From positions 184,140,001 to 184,204,000 of the forward strand of contig OX597814.1 in assembly GCA_951406725.2 (NCBI GenBank): a stretch of 64,000 bases of DNA. Direction: 5' to 3'. Below are positions 25,628-38,585 of the stretch, piece after piece (position 1 is the stretch's first letter; each line of letters begins with the position of its first letter). The position numbers were made by a program, and so were the translations under genes. The notes under the pieces were generated by a model. The model worked only from the letters and a program-made list of their open reading frames with translations, ran no database searches and was not told the DNA's origin. Origin of the DNA: Octopus vulgaris (lineage: Eukaryota).

Positions 25628-25630
<3 letters not shown>
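25255..25630 (-). mobile_element. Dong/R4 LINE 3' fragment (family 2) in (TAA)n
   Basis: LIEIEKMWHLKATTVPVIVGSLG...VQKIVLTGTAHVL plus a 3' UTR shared with 29440-29917 and 30572-30885. Confidence 0.85.
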
Positions 25631-25704
<74 letters not shown>

Positions 25705-25706
<2 letters not shown>

Positions 25707-26416
25707 GAGTGAGAGAGCAAGTTCATGCCATCAAAGTGACACTGGGGTAAAATATACGAAGCCCAATATACCCATCACATGACTACCTGTCTGATAAGGA
25801 TACACCAGGTACATGCACATCACAACCATATGTGCGCGACATGGTGATCTCATATCAAGATAAACAGCACATGACCTTGAAGGTGAGGCCCAGTTAAGAA
25901 TTTTCTTCAGGTTGAGTAGCCCATCCCGCTCGAAAGGTCCCTGAATAAGGGTTGTTTAAGGATGTTGAAAGAACCACCCATGTTTCCAAGAGGTGAATTA
26001 TTCAAACCCTAAAGAATCTCCTCTCATGGCTATGATGCTCCCCCACTACTTCTGCTCGTGATCAGAGATGCACATATCGTCAGCCACTAAGGGACATGCT
26101 CAACTGGTTAAGGTCAAACAACTGACAAGCAAATCTGTGGGGTATTGAGCAGAATATTTGCTGTAGCCCATGCTTTATACCAAGACAAAACAATGTACAT
26201 GATAACACTTCCAATCAGTTAAGATCAGAAGTTTCTATGAGAGGCCACTGCCTGGTACTGCATCAAGGCATTTATACTGCATCCAGGGCATTGGTACTGC
26301 ATCAGGGCATTGGTACTGCATCAGGGAACATTTATTCTGCATCAGGGCATTTATACTGCATCAGGGCATTTATACTGCATCAGGGCATTTATACTGCATT
26401 TATACTGCATCAGGGC

Positions 26417-26420
<4 letters not shown>
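25705..26420. mobile_element. ~560-bp non-coding (TAA)n-embedded repeat with reiterated ~21-bp terminus
   Basis: gagtgagagagc...catcaaagtgacactggggtaa...gcctggtactgcatcagggcatt; further copies at 26625-27153 and 29991-30540, partial at 26455-26540. Confidence 0.8.
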
Positions 26421-26453
<33 letters not shown>

Positions 26454-26538
26454 GATGCAGAGAGTATGTGCATACCATGAAAGTGACACTGGGGTAAAAT
26501 ATAATGCAAGCCCACTATACCCATCATGACTACCTGTC

Positions 26539-26624
<86 letters not shown>

Positions 26625-27153
26625 TGAATGTGAGAGCTGCGTATGCCTACAAAGTGACACTGGGGTAAATTATACGAAGCCCAGTATACCCATCATGACT
26701 ACCCGTCTGATAAGGGCACACTGGGCACATGCATTACAACCATATGTGCGCGACATGGTGATCTCATATCAAGATAAACAGCACATGACCTTGCAGGTGG
26801 GGCCCAGTTAGAATTTTCTTCTGGTCGAGTAACCCATCCCGCTCAAAATGCCCCTGAATAAGGGATGTTTAAGGATGTTGAACGAAACACCCATGTTTCC
26901 AGAGGTGAATTATCCAAACCCCAAAGAATCCCTCTCAACACATCGCTATGATGCTCCCCCACTACTTCTGCTCGTGATCAGAGATGCACATATCGTCAGC
27001 CACCAAGGGAAATGCTCAACTGGATAAGGTGAAACAACTGACAAGCAAATCTGTGGTATTGAGCAGAATATTTGCTGTAGCCTATCTTTTATACCAAGAC
27101 AAAATGTACATGATAGCACTTCCAATCAGTTAAGATCAGAAGCCACGTACTGC
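26625..27153. mobile_element. Second copy of the ~560-bp (TAA)n-embedded element
   Basis: Highly similar to 25705-26270; flanked by (TTA)n on both sides. Confidence 0.8.
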
Positions 27154-27155
27154 AA

Positions 27156-27219
<64 letters not shown>

Positions 27220-29371
27220 TATGTTTGACTTTTGCTTTATATTTGTACAAGTTGGCTCCAAGTCTCACCCAGAGACCTCAAGAGACAACAGGGTTGGAAG
27301 TTCATGTTGTTGTTATGCCTAGTGTGCCATATATTTGGGGGGTGGGGATGTTGTACTAATGAATGTCTAAAAAAAAAAAGTTTTTTTTTTTTTTTTAAAC
27401 CGAAAATTATGTTTGTTTTAAACCTTGAGATTACATAGAGAGTATTTTGCGTAGGATATGAGCAGTTCCCATGAGCACTATCTTTTGAACTTCTGCCATT
27501 TTTGGGTTTCCTGGTATCTGAGTTAGGTAGCTATCAGCCCCTTTTGCTATCATTACCAGGGCACCTATGACAACAGGTATTGTTTTAGTCTTCAGCTTCC
27601 ACATTTTGCTGATTTCTATTTCAAGATCTTTATATTTGCTCAGTTTTTGGTAGGTCTTGACAGATACGTTTATATCGATTGGGACAGTCATATCAATGAG
27701 GAGGCATGTTGTTTGTTTGAAGTCTTTCAATATGATGTCTGGCCTATTTGCATCTATCTTCCTGTCAGTTTGAATGGTGAAGTTCCAGAGGAGTGAGATG
27801 TGGTCATTTTCAAGCACTGGGGGTGGTTTGTGTTCCCACCAGTTTTTTTCATGGGGCAAATCCAGGTTTTTACAGATTACCCAGTGAATATATTGTGCAG
27901 CTCTATCGTGCCTGTTGAGATACTCTGTAGGCGCTAGAAGACTGCACTTGGAGACCACATGGTCAATGGTTTCATTTTGTTGCTTGCATACACGACACGT
28001 TGGACTGCTTCTGATCTTTAATATGTTGGCCTGGTAGTTTCTTGTTGGTAGGCATTGATCTTGAGCTGCTATGATAAACCCCTCTGTTTCAGATTTTAAG
28101 CCAGAGGCCATTAGCCATTGATGGGTCAGGGCTTTGTCGATATCTGCATTATTCGCTCTCTTTTGGTATTTGCCATAGAGAGGTTTTTCTTGCCATTTAT
28201 TATTCAGAATATCTAAGGCCGCAGTTTTGGCACGGGTTTTCATGCGCCTAGCTTTTTCTGTGCTTGTTTCTTGTATATCTATCTCTAATTCCGAAATTGG
28301 TTGTATTCGGAATTCACTTAGATATTCCTTTGCCTGTTTTGTGACTGAGTATGATGCTTTCTTGTTTTCATGTTTTGAGACAAGTTTTAACATCCAGTCC
28401 TCAGAGTTTTTCAGGTAGGTGTCTAGGCCAATTGTAGCAATCTTCATTGTTATTGCCAGTTGCAAAAGACCACGGCCTCCCTCTTTTCTTGGCAGATAGA
28501 GTCGTTCTGTATCTGCCTTAGGGTGGTGCATTCTATGCATTGTCAACAGTTTCCTTATTTTTCTGTCGAGCTGACATATTTCAGTAATTGACCAGTTAAC
28601 AATATTGAAACTGTAAGTCACGACTGGTATAGCTAATGCATTGATCGCTTCGATCCTGTTTCTTGCATTCAGCTCTGTCTTGAGTATTGCTCTCACTCTT
28701 CGATAGCATTCTCTCCTGATCCTTTCCTTCATCTCTGAATGCCTTATTCCGTTCCCTTCAATTACCCCTAGGTACTTGTAGCTCTCCGCTTGGTCTAGTT
28801 CTTTTATGACATTCTGTTGGTCAAGGTTAACGTTAGATGTTTCTGTCATTTTTCCTTTGATAAAGGTAGCCTTTGCACATTTATCGAGGCCGAATTGCAT
28901 TCTGATGTCGTCACTGAATTGTTTGACTATCGCTAGTAAGCCCTTGAGTTGTTGATCATTTTTTGCAAAAAGCTTTAAATCATCCATGTAAACGAGATGA
29001 TTTATATTTTTATCAAACATTTTATACCCGTACTGCGCGTCATTGAGCAGCTTTGAGAGAGGTATTAAGGATAAACAAAAGAGGAGTGGTGACAGTGAGT
29101 CACCCTGGAAAATGCCACACGAAATTTTTACATCACCAGCATTTAGGGATTCACTGTCACTGTTCAGAGTTAGTGTGGTTCTCCATGATCTCATACTTAC
29201 AGTCAAGAAGTTTCGCAGAGTTGGTGCTATCTTATACATTTCAAGGCATTTCCTAATCCAGCTATGTGGTAGGCTATCAAAAGCCTTTTTATAGTCTATC
29301 CAGGCTATTGATAAGTTTTTGTGTCGTTTGTGACAATCTTCTAAGATCATCTTATTGATGAGTAGTTGGTC

Positions 29372-29374
<3 letters not shown>
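27220..29374 (-). mobile_element. 5'-truncated Dong/R4-clade non-LTR retrotransposon in (TAA)n
   Basis: Uninterrupted RT-RLE frame plus ~210-bp 3' UTR; (TAA)n on both flanks, the known target of Dong elements. Confidence 0.92.
27431..29374 (-). CDS. Reverse transcriptase / CCHC zinc knuckle / restriction-like endonuclease (5'-truncated)
   Basis: AWIDYKKAFDSLPH, GIFQGDSLSPLLF, YMDD, CRVCKQQNETIDHVVSKC, RHD, RPDIILKD, KLSKY motifs; no internal stop. Confidence 0.92.
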
Positions 29375-29439
<65 letters not shown>

Positions 29440-29443
<4 letters not shown>

Positions 29444-29917
29444 TTTTTCTTCAAATTTTCTTTCGTTTCTCGCCGAGTGTTTTCCGTACATCTAGGGCAG
29501 AGAAACTCATTGTATGCATTCCCAGATTACACACGCAAATTCACAGGTAAAATCTGTATTTAAAAAAAAATAAATAAATAAATTCATGAATGGATGTTGT
29601 TTTCACAGCGATAATGCTCCTCTCATTACATGAGTCGTTCCTTTTAACACGATTTTTTGCACTTCCTGTAGTGATGGCAAGCCTAGTATCAGTTTCAAAT
29701 AGGTTTCAATAACTTTTTTTTATCATTCCTAGAGATCTTACAATCACTGGTACTGTAGTCGCCTTGAGATGTCACATTCTTTCAATTTCAATTTGCAAGT
29801 CTTTATATTTACTGATCTTGTTAAATTCTTTCGCCGCTCTATTGTGATCGCAAGGAATTCTCATGTCAATTAATTAGCACGCCTTTTTTGACTGATCTTT
29901 TATAATAATATCCGGTT
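29440..29917 (-). mobile_element. Dong/R4 LINE 3' fragment (family 2)
   Basis: PDIIIKDQ..LIDM..KISKYKDLQIEIE; same UTR as 25255. Confidence 0.85.
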
Positions 29918-29923
29918 TATCTA

Positions 29924-29990
<67 letters not shown>

Positions 29991-29991
<1 letters not shown>

Positions 29992-30540
29992 GAGTGAGAG
30001 AGCGGTGCATACCATCAAAGTGACACTGGGGTAAGATATACGAAGTCCAGTATACACATCATGACTCCCGTCTGATAAAGATACACCAGGCACATGCATC
30101 ATAACCATATGTGCGCGACATGGTGATTTCATATCAAGATAAACAGTACATGACCATGCATGTGGGGCCCAGTTAGAATTTTCTTCAAGACGAGTAGCCC
30201 ATCCTGCTCAAAAGCTCACTAAATAAGGCTTGTTTAAGGATGTTGAAAGAAACACCCACGTTTCCAGAGGTGAATTATCCAAACCCCAAAGAATTCCTCT
30301 CAACACACGGCTATGATGCTCCCCCACTACTTCTGCTCGTGATCAGAGATACACATATCGTCAGCCACCAAGGGAAATGCTCAACTGGATAAGGTGAAAC
30401 AACTGACAAGCAAATCTGTGGTATTGAGCAGAATATTTTTGCTGTAGCCCATCTTTTATACCAAGACATAACAATGTACATGATAACACTTCCAATCAGT
30501 TACAATGAGATGCCATGAAAGTCACTGCCTGGTACGGCAT
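29991..30540. mobile_element. Third copy of the ~560-bp (TAA)n-embedded element
   Basis: Highly similar to 25705-26270. Confidence 0.8.
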
Positions 30541-30571
30541 TATTATAATAATAATAATTATTATTATTATT

Positions 30572-31860
30572 ATCTTCTTTCTTCAAATTTTCTTCTGTTT
30601 CTCGCCGAGTGTTTTCCGTACTCCTATGGCAGAGAAGCTCATTGTATGCATTCCCGGATTACACATGCAAATTCACAGGTAGAATATGTATTTAAAAATT
30701 AATAAATAAATAAATTCATGAATGGATGTTGTTTTCACAGAGATAATGCTCTACTCAGTACATGAGCCTTTCCAGTTAACACAATACAAACCTGGTATAA
30801 GTTTCAAATAGGTTTCAGTACCTTATTTATCACTCCTAGACATCCTACAATCACTGGTACTGTAGTCGCCTTGAGATACCACATTATTATTATTATCATT
30901 ATGATTATTATTATTATTTTCTTGACTCAGGTTTGGTGTCATTTCTGGCAGAATTTATGTGGCTAGCGGGTTACTACCTGTCACCTTCTTTACCTATATG
31001 ATTTCAACAAGTTATCAAGTGCTTGAAGCTCCTCTGATGATGTTTTCTAAGAGGCAAAACGTCTGTAAAAACTCTACACGACTTTCTATTTCAGTATCTT
31101 TTAACCATTTGTCAATTTCAACACTCACAGTCCTGATCATCGGTACAAACTTCACAGATTTTATGTTCCAAATCCTCGCAATCTTGAATTTTAAGCTGCT
31201 GTTTATTTATTTTTCTTTTCATCCATATGCTTTCTTTACTATCCTAGAATCAAATGGACATGTTGGATTGATTAGTATGTAAAGTCGAATTTCTTTGTCT
31301 ATTTTCTCCTTGTATTTTCTGACTTATATGTTTCATATTCTTATCCCGTTGAATGTGGAAATATCACAAAATTTTGAATGCCTCCAGCTCAAGAACTCTT
31401 TCTACCTGATGACTGTATCATGTACTTCCTGCTTCACACTCTCATTGCTGACACGGTTTCAAATGTAAAATTTTCACAAGACGATCATATCTCCGGGCCA
31501 AATTGTGGCATTCTGCCATAATGTGTGCCAACGTTTAGTCCAATATTCTACATATTCTTCGATTGTCCGACATCTTCTCTGTATGCGCATAATTTCTCAA
31601 GTTGGCTGCAGTGATTGGTCTTGAGCTGTTATAATAAAGCTCCCTGTTTCTTTTTTGTAATTGTCCCTTTTTCATTCAAGCCCATGATTTTACTCCATCA
31701 ACATTCTCAATGTTTTCCAAAAATGACCATACAGGGTTTTCTCGTCATTTTGTTCAACATGTTCTCTAAGAATTTCATTTTTGGTCCTTTGCAGTTTTGA
31801 TCTGTCCTTTATAAAAAAAAAATTAAAAATCTGCCCTTTGCAGTTTTGATCTGTCCTTTA
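30572..31860 (-). mobile_element. Further Dong/R4 fragments (family 2 tail at 30572-30885; older degenerate copy at 30920-31860)
   Basis: Shared 3' UTR; degenerate RLE-domain remnants similar to 47401..47658. Confidence 0.65.
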
Positions 31861-32057
31861 TTCACTACCTTTAGTAATTTTCTGTGTTGTTCTACAAAAG
31901 ATTAATTGAGCTGCTTCGTTTTATCTATATGCATTTATCCTATCGATCATTTTGGTCGAACACATAAGTCACAAGGACGGAAACAAACCAACACTATTTG
32001 TCAAGCAGATGTGAACGCCAAACACATCAATGCATCAAAAACACAGATACATCTGTT

Positions 32058-32089
<32 letters not shown>

Positions 32090-32090
32090 A

Positions 32091-32129
<39 letters not shown>

Positions 32130-32177
32130 TACGTGCATACATACATATATATACATAAACACACTCACACACCCTTT

Positions 32178-32625
32178 AACTTTATCTTCTATTTGTTTGA
32201 GTCATTAGACAGCGACCATGCTGGAGCGACGACTTGAATTAGTTTAGTCGCACAAATCTTCCTCAGCACTCACATTTTTAAAAACTTAGTACCATATCTA
32301 TCATTTCTTTTGCCGAACCGCTAGATTACGGGGACGTAAACACACTAACACTGGTTGTGAAAAGGTGAGGGAAAGACAAACACAGGTACAAAAATGCACA
32401 GTCACACACACACACACACACACACCACACACACACACACAGGTGAATATATGTGTGTATGGCGGGCTTCTTTTCAGCCTCCGTCCACGATGTCTTGTTA
32501 GAAGATCATGGTCGACCCGAAGCTATATTAGAAAAGACTTCTCCAAGATGCTGTGCAGTGGGGAACTGAACCCGAAACCATTGGTTGGGAAGCAAACATC
32601 TTACCACACAACCCTGCTCTCGCCT
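32178..32625 (-). mobile_element. Degenerate full-length SINE family A
   Basis: Reverse of the family A tail, (CA)n and tRNA head (gggaactgaacccg). Confidence 0.75.
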
Positions 32626-32789
32626 ATACCTAAAAAAAATTAATTATTGAAAATGCTACATATCAGCACCTGATAATAGGATACCGATGATCGATTCAAT
32701 GAGCTAAGTTTCGATTTACCAGTGTGAGAGTGAGTGTGTGTGTGGAGAGGACACATTTCACATGCATCTAGTAGTTAATGTTTTTAGTG

Positions 32790-33540
32790 AATCTTTTAAA
32801 CACTACAATATCCCATTTCTGCACCTTACAGTATCTTGTTTTGTATGTAAAGAGCAATAATGAGAAGTATCAAGACGTGAAAATCCCGCTGTGTGGCCTG
32901 GAGCAAGTGGTAAGTTACTGGGAAACCGTCATTATGACGCGGCTTCAACTTCCGGTTGCATTCATTTCACTTCCATTACGCCACTAATATCCTTGGCAAA
33001 GGATATTATTTTCCCTATCTCCTCCCATAAAATACAGGGCATTTGTGTTTCTAGCCCCCAAAGAAACTGATAATTAGAAGGTGTTGGTGGGTTATAATGC
33101 TATAGTGTTGCCGCGGTTGATGTTGTTTATATTATTATTCCTGCTGCTGTTGCAGCAGTGATGGCTATGACGTCAGTAATGGTGATAGTAGTATTGATGT
33201 GAGGAAGATGAAGCGGAGGAGGAGGAGCAGAAGAAAGATAGAGAAAACAGAAAACAAAAAACAGAAAGAAACGATATTCATTGGCTGAAAGAGTATCAAG
33301 TATGAATGAAGAGTGGACGAGAATACAATCATTTTTTTTTTTCTGGACAGTACAAGACATTCTTTCCTTCCGGATTATTTTGTAAACCCTCTCAGGCAAT
33401 CATGAAAACTATTCTCACCAATTAAATCCCATTCGCGCTTTAATAGTAATTCCAGAAACTCTTTAGATTCACTGTCTGCAAGGCAAAAATATCTTAGGAA
33501 GAAATCCCTCTTGTTCCGGGTCTCACCTTTTATACCACGC
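32790..33540 (-). pseudogene. NA: Decayed influenza-like neuraminidase fragment
   Basis: Collinear: NSFHD/SSCHD; IIRKERMSCTVQ..DCILV/ILRTQESECVCINGTCTVV; WRNGSEM/SRxGFEM; SRPHSGIFT/RSGYSGIFS. Confidence 0.55.
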
Positions 33541-34075
33541 TACCGCCATCTTAATTGCACACATGCAAACATATAAACACACACACACACGGACAGACAC
33601 ACATGCACGCATAGACATATGTAAGCGTGCACAAACTCACATACAGAGCTTCTAATAAACAAGACAACTACCAAACCAGCTGGCCAACCAGCTAGCCAGC
33701 CAGCAAGAGAGGCAGCGTGCCAATCAGTCAACCGTCAGTGCAACCAAACTGAACCAGTCGTAAGAGAGAAGAATAATGCTTAAGTCTGTTATTTGAATTG
33801 AAGAAACAACAACAGCGACAACAACAACGAAAGCAAATACAAGGAGTGGGGGAAAGGAGATGATAAATAAGAGGAAGGAGAAGTAGGAGAAGTAAAACAA
33901 CGCAAACAAAAACAGCACCATCACGATGAAGCTCATATACGTGACGTATGGTGAGCGAGAGTGAATGAATGGAGTTTGTCTGGTTGTGGGTCACAGGAAT
34001 CTGTTCGTCGAGTTGTACCTTTATATATATATATATATATACAAATATAAGTAAAAAGATATATATATATATATA

Positions 34076-34115
<40 letters not shown>

Positions 34116-34130
34116 CAAGTATAAGTAATA

Positions 34131-34201
<71 letters not shown>

Positions 34202-34254
34202 TATAAGTAAAAAGACATATTTATATATATGTTTACTTATATTTGTTTATTTCA

Positions 34255-34323
34255 TTTCATAAACATTTATTCTCTCACCCACTGGCTTCTTGCATTTTTT
34301 CTCGCTTATCTCCCCATTATATA

Positions 34324-34369
<46 letters not shown>

Positions 34370-34430
34370 GGTATATATATATATATATGTCATTTTACTT
34401 ATATTTGTTTATATATATGTATATATATAT

Positions 34431-34463
<33 letters not shown>

Positions 34464-34527
34464 AATGGGGAGATAAGCGAGAAAAAATGCAAGAAGCAAG
34501 TGGGTGAGAGAATGAATGTTTATGAAA
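34255..34527. repeat. Inverted repeat (~67-bp arms) around a (TA)n spacer
   Basis: tttcataaacatttattctctcaccc...ccccattata versus tataatgggg...gggtgagagaatgaatgtttatgaaa. Confidence 0.85.
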
Positions 34528-35060
34528 AGAAAAGAGAAGAAAAAAATTAGGAAGGTTGCCAAAACTGTGCCATTACGAAGTGGCTGAGATAAAAATAAAT
34601 GAACAAAAAAAAAAAGTATGCACAGTAGAGAGAAGAGCCAACAACAACAAAAAGAACAACGGTTACAACACCAAGGAAAAATATCAAAATATAAAAAAAT
34701 AACAGTTTAACAACAAAATACCAGATACTTGGATAGGGCTAAGAAAATAGATACCCTGCTGAGTGATTGTCTCCAAGATAGGTTAATTACTGCATAAAAA
34801 AGAAAAAATCTGAGATAGGGATGACAAAACTATAATAATAATAATTGTAATAATAGTAATAATGATAATAATAATAATAGTAATAATAATAATAATAATA
34901 GTAATAATTGTAATAATAGTAATAATTGTAATAATAGTAATAATAATAGTAATAATAGTAATATTAATAGTAATAATAATGACAATAATAATAATTTTAA
35001 TCTTCTTCCTCTTTCGTCTTTTTCTTCTTCTTTTCTACTACTACTATCTCCACCACCACC

Positions 35061-35175
<115 letters not shown>

Positions 35176-35224
35176 ATAACAAAATAAGAAATAAAACATA
35201 TGCATATATACATACATATATGTA

Positions 35225-35440
35225 CGTACCTACGTCTATATGTATATATACATGCATATATGGGTACAGGACACAAAAAAAAAAACGTAAAACGCGATGA
35301 GAAACGAAAACATAAAAACAAAACCAAGGAAACGGACATTTTTTTAAACAACGAAAAAACAGAGTAAAAGACATACAACACAAGGAAAATTACCCTTCTT
35401 CAGCCGCCTCTGTTTCGTCTACTCCGAGTTTCGAAGGTAA
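35225..35440. repeat. Interspersed repeat, longer copy at 55265-55640
   Basis: catgcatatatgggtacaggac...cccttcttcag...tctactccg shared by both loci. Confidence 0.7.
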
Positions 35441-35774
35441 TATCCTTGTTGATTATTTTAATTTTTATCGCCTTATTTTGAAATTGTATGGATAATAACG
35501 TACGAAATTCTGGTGCCTCAACTTAAGTACCATATTCATCTGAAACAAAATTTTTTGCTAAACTCATCTACCATGTCCAATATATATACATACATATAAA
35601 TCAACCTTTATCAGCGCCACTATTTATCATCAACACCAAAAGCAATACACAACCATCACCATTACCAACCCCCTCAACTTCTTAATGTGCCACAGCATCA
35701 TTAACTATAGTATGAACAAGATAAGCAATTCCATCTAAAATTTCAAAAAAGACAATGACGTGAGATAATGTTGT

Positions 35775-35997
35775 ACTTTTATTCTTTTATTTATTTCAGT
35801 CATTTTGACTGCGGCCATGCTGGAGCACCGCCTTTCAGTCGAAGAAATCGACCCCAGGAACTTATTATTTGTAAGTCTGGTACTTCTTCTATCGTCCCTT
35901 TTGCGGAACCGATAAGTTACGGAGACGTAAACACGCCAACACCGGTTGTCAAGTGATAGTTGTGGGGCGAACAACACCGACACAAAGACACATACAC

Positions 35998-36089
<92 letters not shown>

Positions 36090-36176
36090 CGTGCTTCTTT
36101 CAGTTTCAGTCAGACAAATCTACCCATAAGGCTTTGGTCGGCTCGAGACTATAGTAGAAGACACTCGCCCAAGGTG
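35775..36176 (-). mobile_element. SINE family A
   Basis: Reverse of tail, microsatellite and CORE-like body. Confidence 0.8.
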
Positions 36177-36879
36177 CAACATGCACCTATAATGTGGAAG
36201 TGAGGATGTATGTATGTGAATATGTGTCAGTATGTATGATAGGCTGTGAGAAATAAACACAAACAGACAGTAAATGATTAATAACAGTGTCATGCGAAGA
36301 GTTTCGACTTCTTTTTACAAAATCCCTAAATTTTTTTTTAGAGTAATTAGTCACTGTGATGAGACAGGTATACATGAAGAGATAATAAGAAACTTGGGTA
36401 AAAAACAATGAAATTCAAAGATTAAAGGCAACGCTAAGAAGAAAATGTAGGCACAGCTGGAAATATAAAAAAATAATAATAGACGCCAAAATGGTAACTT
36501 CTTTGTGGCTGATAGAAATAGTGAAGAAACATCTTCTAAATAACCTATTAATTAGAAAAAAAACAAAACGAAATAAGGAAGCGGCATGGTTATTACCCCT
36601 TGGTTACAAAAATCCTTAGGAAGGTCATGGCTGGAATTCTTTTGATCATAGGAGGTCGACTTTGAGGTAAACAACACGAACAAAGAAATTATAAAAAAAG
36701 TAGGGCAGGGCTGACAAAAATAAAAAAATAAAGCCACAAAAATACATTATTTGAAGGGAAATAGGGGTGAGGTGAACTGTAAATTGGGGTAATTTTCTTA
36801 AATAAGTTTTCTTTTATGATTATGACACTTCTTTATATATTTATTTATTTACTTGTACATAGCTTTTTTTTCGGTATGA

Positions 36880-37220
36880 TTGTGCGAAGAAGACTCCATC
36901 AGCTTCGCTGTTTTAACAATATTTGCATTTTTTTTTTTTTTTGTATTAAATGAAAACAAAATTCACTTGTCATATATTTTTATGGCGTCCATTTTTTTCG
37001 GTTCTTATTTCCTCAGCTCTGGATCCCCGTCACCCACATTTATGCAGATCAATTTTAAAAAAAAACACTAAAAAACACTAAAAAAACTGAAGGCAGATTA
37101 AACAATGACACCAGTTTAGAATCTCAGATATAATTTTTTATTCTATCAAAATATGCAGTAGAAATCTCTGCTATTTTTTGCCGTAATGTAACCCCATCTT
37201 TCACAAATAACACTCATGCA
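36880..37220 (-). pseudogene. M1: Decayed influenza-like matrix protein M1 fragment
   Basis: DGVTLRQKIAE/SGPLKAEIAQ; NVGDGDP/LNGNGDP; MDAIKIYDK/MDKAVKLYRK; AKLMESS/AKEISLS. Confidence 0.55.
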
Positions 37221-38196
37221 CATGCATATATCGTTTTTTCTCTCTGTACCTGTCTCTCTTTTTTACATTCTCTCCTGCTGCCTTTGTTTTTTTTTTTCAC
37301 TCATATATCTCCCTTCATTCTCGTTTTTTCCCTATCAGTGTCATATAAATGTTGTTGTTTTTTTCTTTTCAGTAAACTTGCAAGCATGATACGAAACGAA
37401 ATGAACTTCAGATAACCATAAAGAAAAGTATGAATTTAGGTGTATATGAAGAGAGAAAAAAAAGTAATAGGGAATAATGTCTTGAATCTAGGACGTTATG
37501 ATAAAGAGAGGACAGGGTTGAGGAGGGAAAACAGAAGAGGAAGAAAAAGAAGAGGAAGAAGAAGGAGAAGGAGAAAAACAACGACGACGAAAATGACATC
37601 ACGACGACGATGATGATGATGATGATGATGATGATGATAAGAGAGAGAGAGAGAGAAATATAGGTGATAGGTGAGTGAGAAAGACAGAACTACAGGAGAG
37701 TAAGTGAGAAAGAAGAAGCAGTGCAGAAAAAAAAACAACAATGTATGCATATCATAGTATTTTTTTTTTGTATAAATAAGATGCAAACGGAATACAGAAT
37801 AGAAAATGTACTATTATATTACATTTTTTACAGTGAACATATCTGAAATACCAAACTAGTGTCGTTCATGGTGGTGACCTGAAAGATCTTGTTAGAAGGA
37901 ACTAAAATATAAAATTATAATGATGATACTAAAATGTACTCTTTATAGTATAGTGGGTATAATTAATAGAATAGTAGATTTACAATATTGAGTTTGTATA
38001 TTCATTGAAGTTCCATCACTTCAAGGTTATATACTTCCGCAGCGGAAGAGAAAAAACTCCAATGGCAATTTGTCCATCTATTTACTTGGAGCCTGTTTGT
38101 ATGTCTGCTTGCCTGACAGATTGTATGTGTGTCTTATGTTTTGCTTCATTACTTTTGGTTTCACTTTTATTTCACTTCAACACATACCTAGAGTAG

Positions 38197-38585
38197 TGGA
38201 GGCGCAATGGCCCAGTGGTTAGGGCAGCGGACTCGCGGCCATAGGATCGCGGTTTCGATTCACAGACCGGGCGTTGTGAGTGTTTATTGAGCGAAAACAC
38301 GTAAAAAAGGCTCCACGAGGCTCCGGCAGGGGATGGTGGTGATCCCTGCTGTACTCTTTCACCACAACTTTCTCTCACTCTTACTTCCTGTTTCTGTTGT
38401 ACCTGTATTTCAAGGGGCCGGCCTTGTCACCCTCTGTGTCACGCTGAATATCCCCGAGATCTACGTTGAGGGTGCACGTGTCTGTGGAGTGCTCAGCCAC
38501 TTACACGTTAATTTCACGAGCAGGCTGTTCCGTTGATTCGGATCAACTGGAACCCTCATCGTCGTAACTGACGGAGTGCTTCCGA
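38197..38585 (+). mobile_element. tRNA(Arg)-like SINE family E
   Basis: ggaggcgcaatggcccagtggttagggcagcggactcgcgg head with B box ggtttcgattc. Confidence 0.85.

Noticed and set aside
26270-26420. CRISPR-like short repeat array
   Set aside because: No unique spacers or cas genes; eukaryotic repeat terminus.
29375-29491. N-terminal extension of the 686-aa ORF (MYGKH..poly-N)
   Set aside because: Read-through from a neighbouring element's UTR across (AAT)n; the element is 5'-truncated.
32832-32909. Plus-strand 78-bp exon candidate (ccttacag...gtaagt; YLVLYVKSNNEKYQDVKIPLCGLEQV)
   Set aside because: No partner exons found, and it lies antisense within the NA-like fossil. Not fully excluded without RNA-seq.
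33520-33552. Minus-strand first-exon candidate aagATGGCG..AG/gtgaga (MAVAWYK)
   Set aside because: Too short, no downstream exon in phase, and at the edge of the NA-like region.
35385-35440. Hammerhead-like CTGAAGA/GAAA in the 35225 and 55265 repeat
   Set aside because: Order and stems do not form a valid core with a UH cleavage site.
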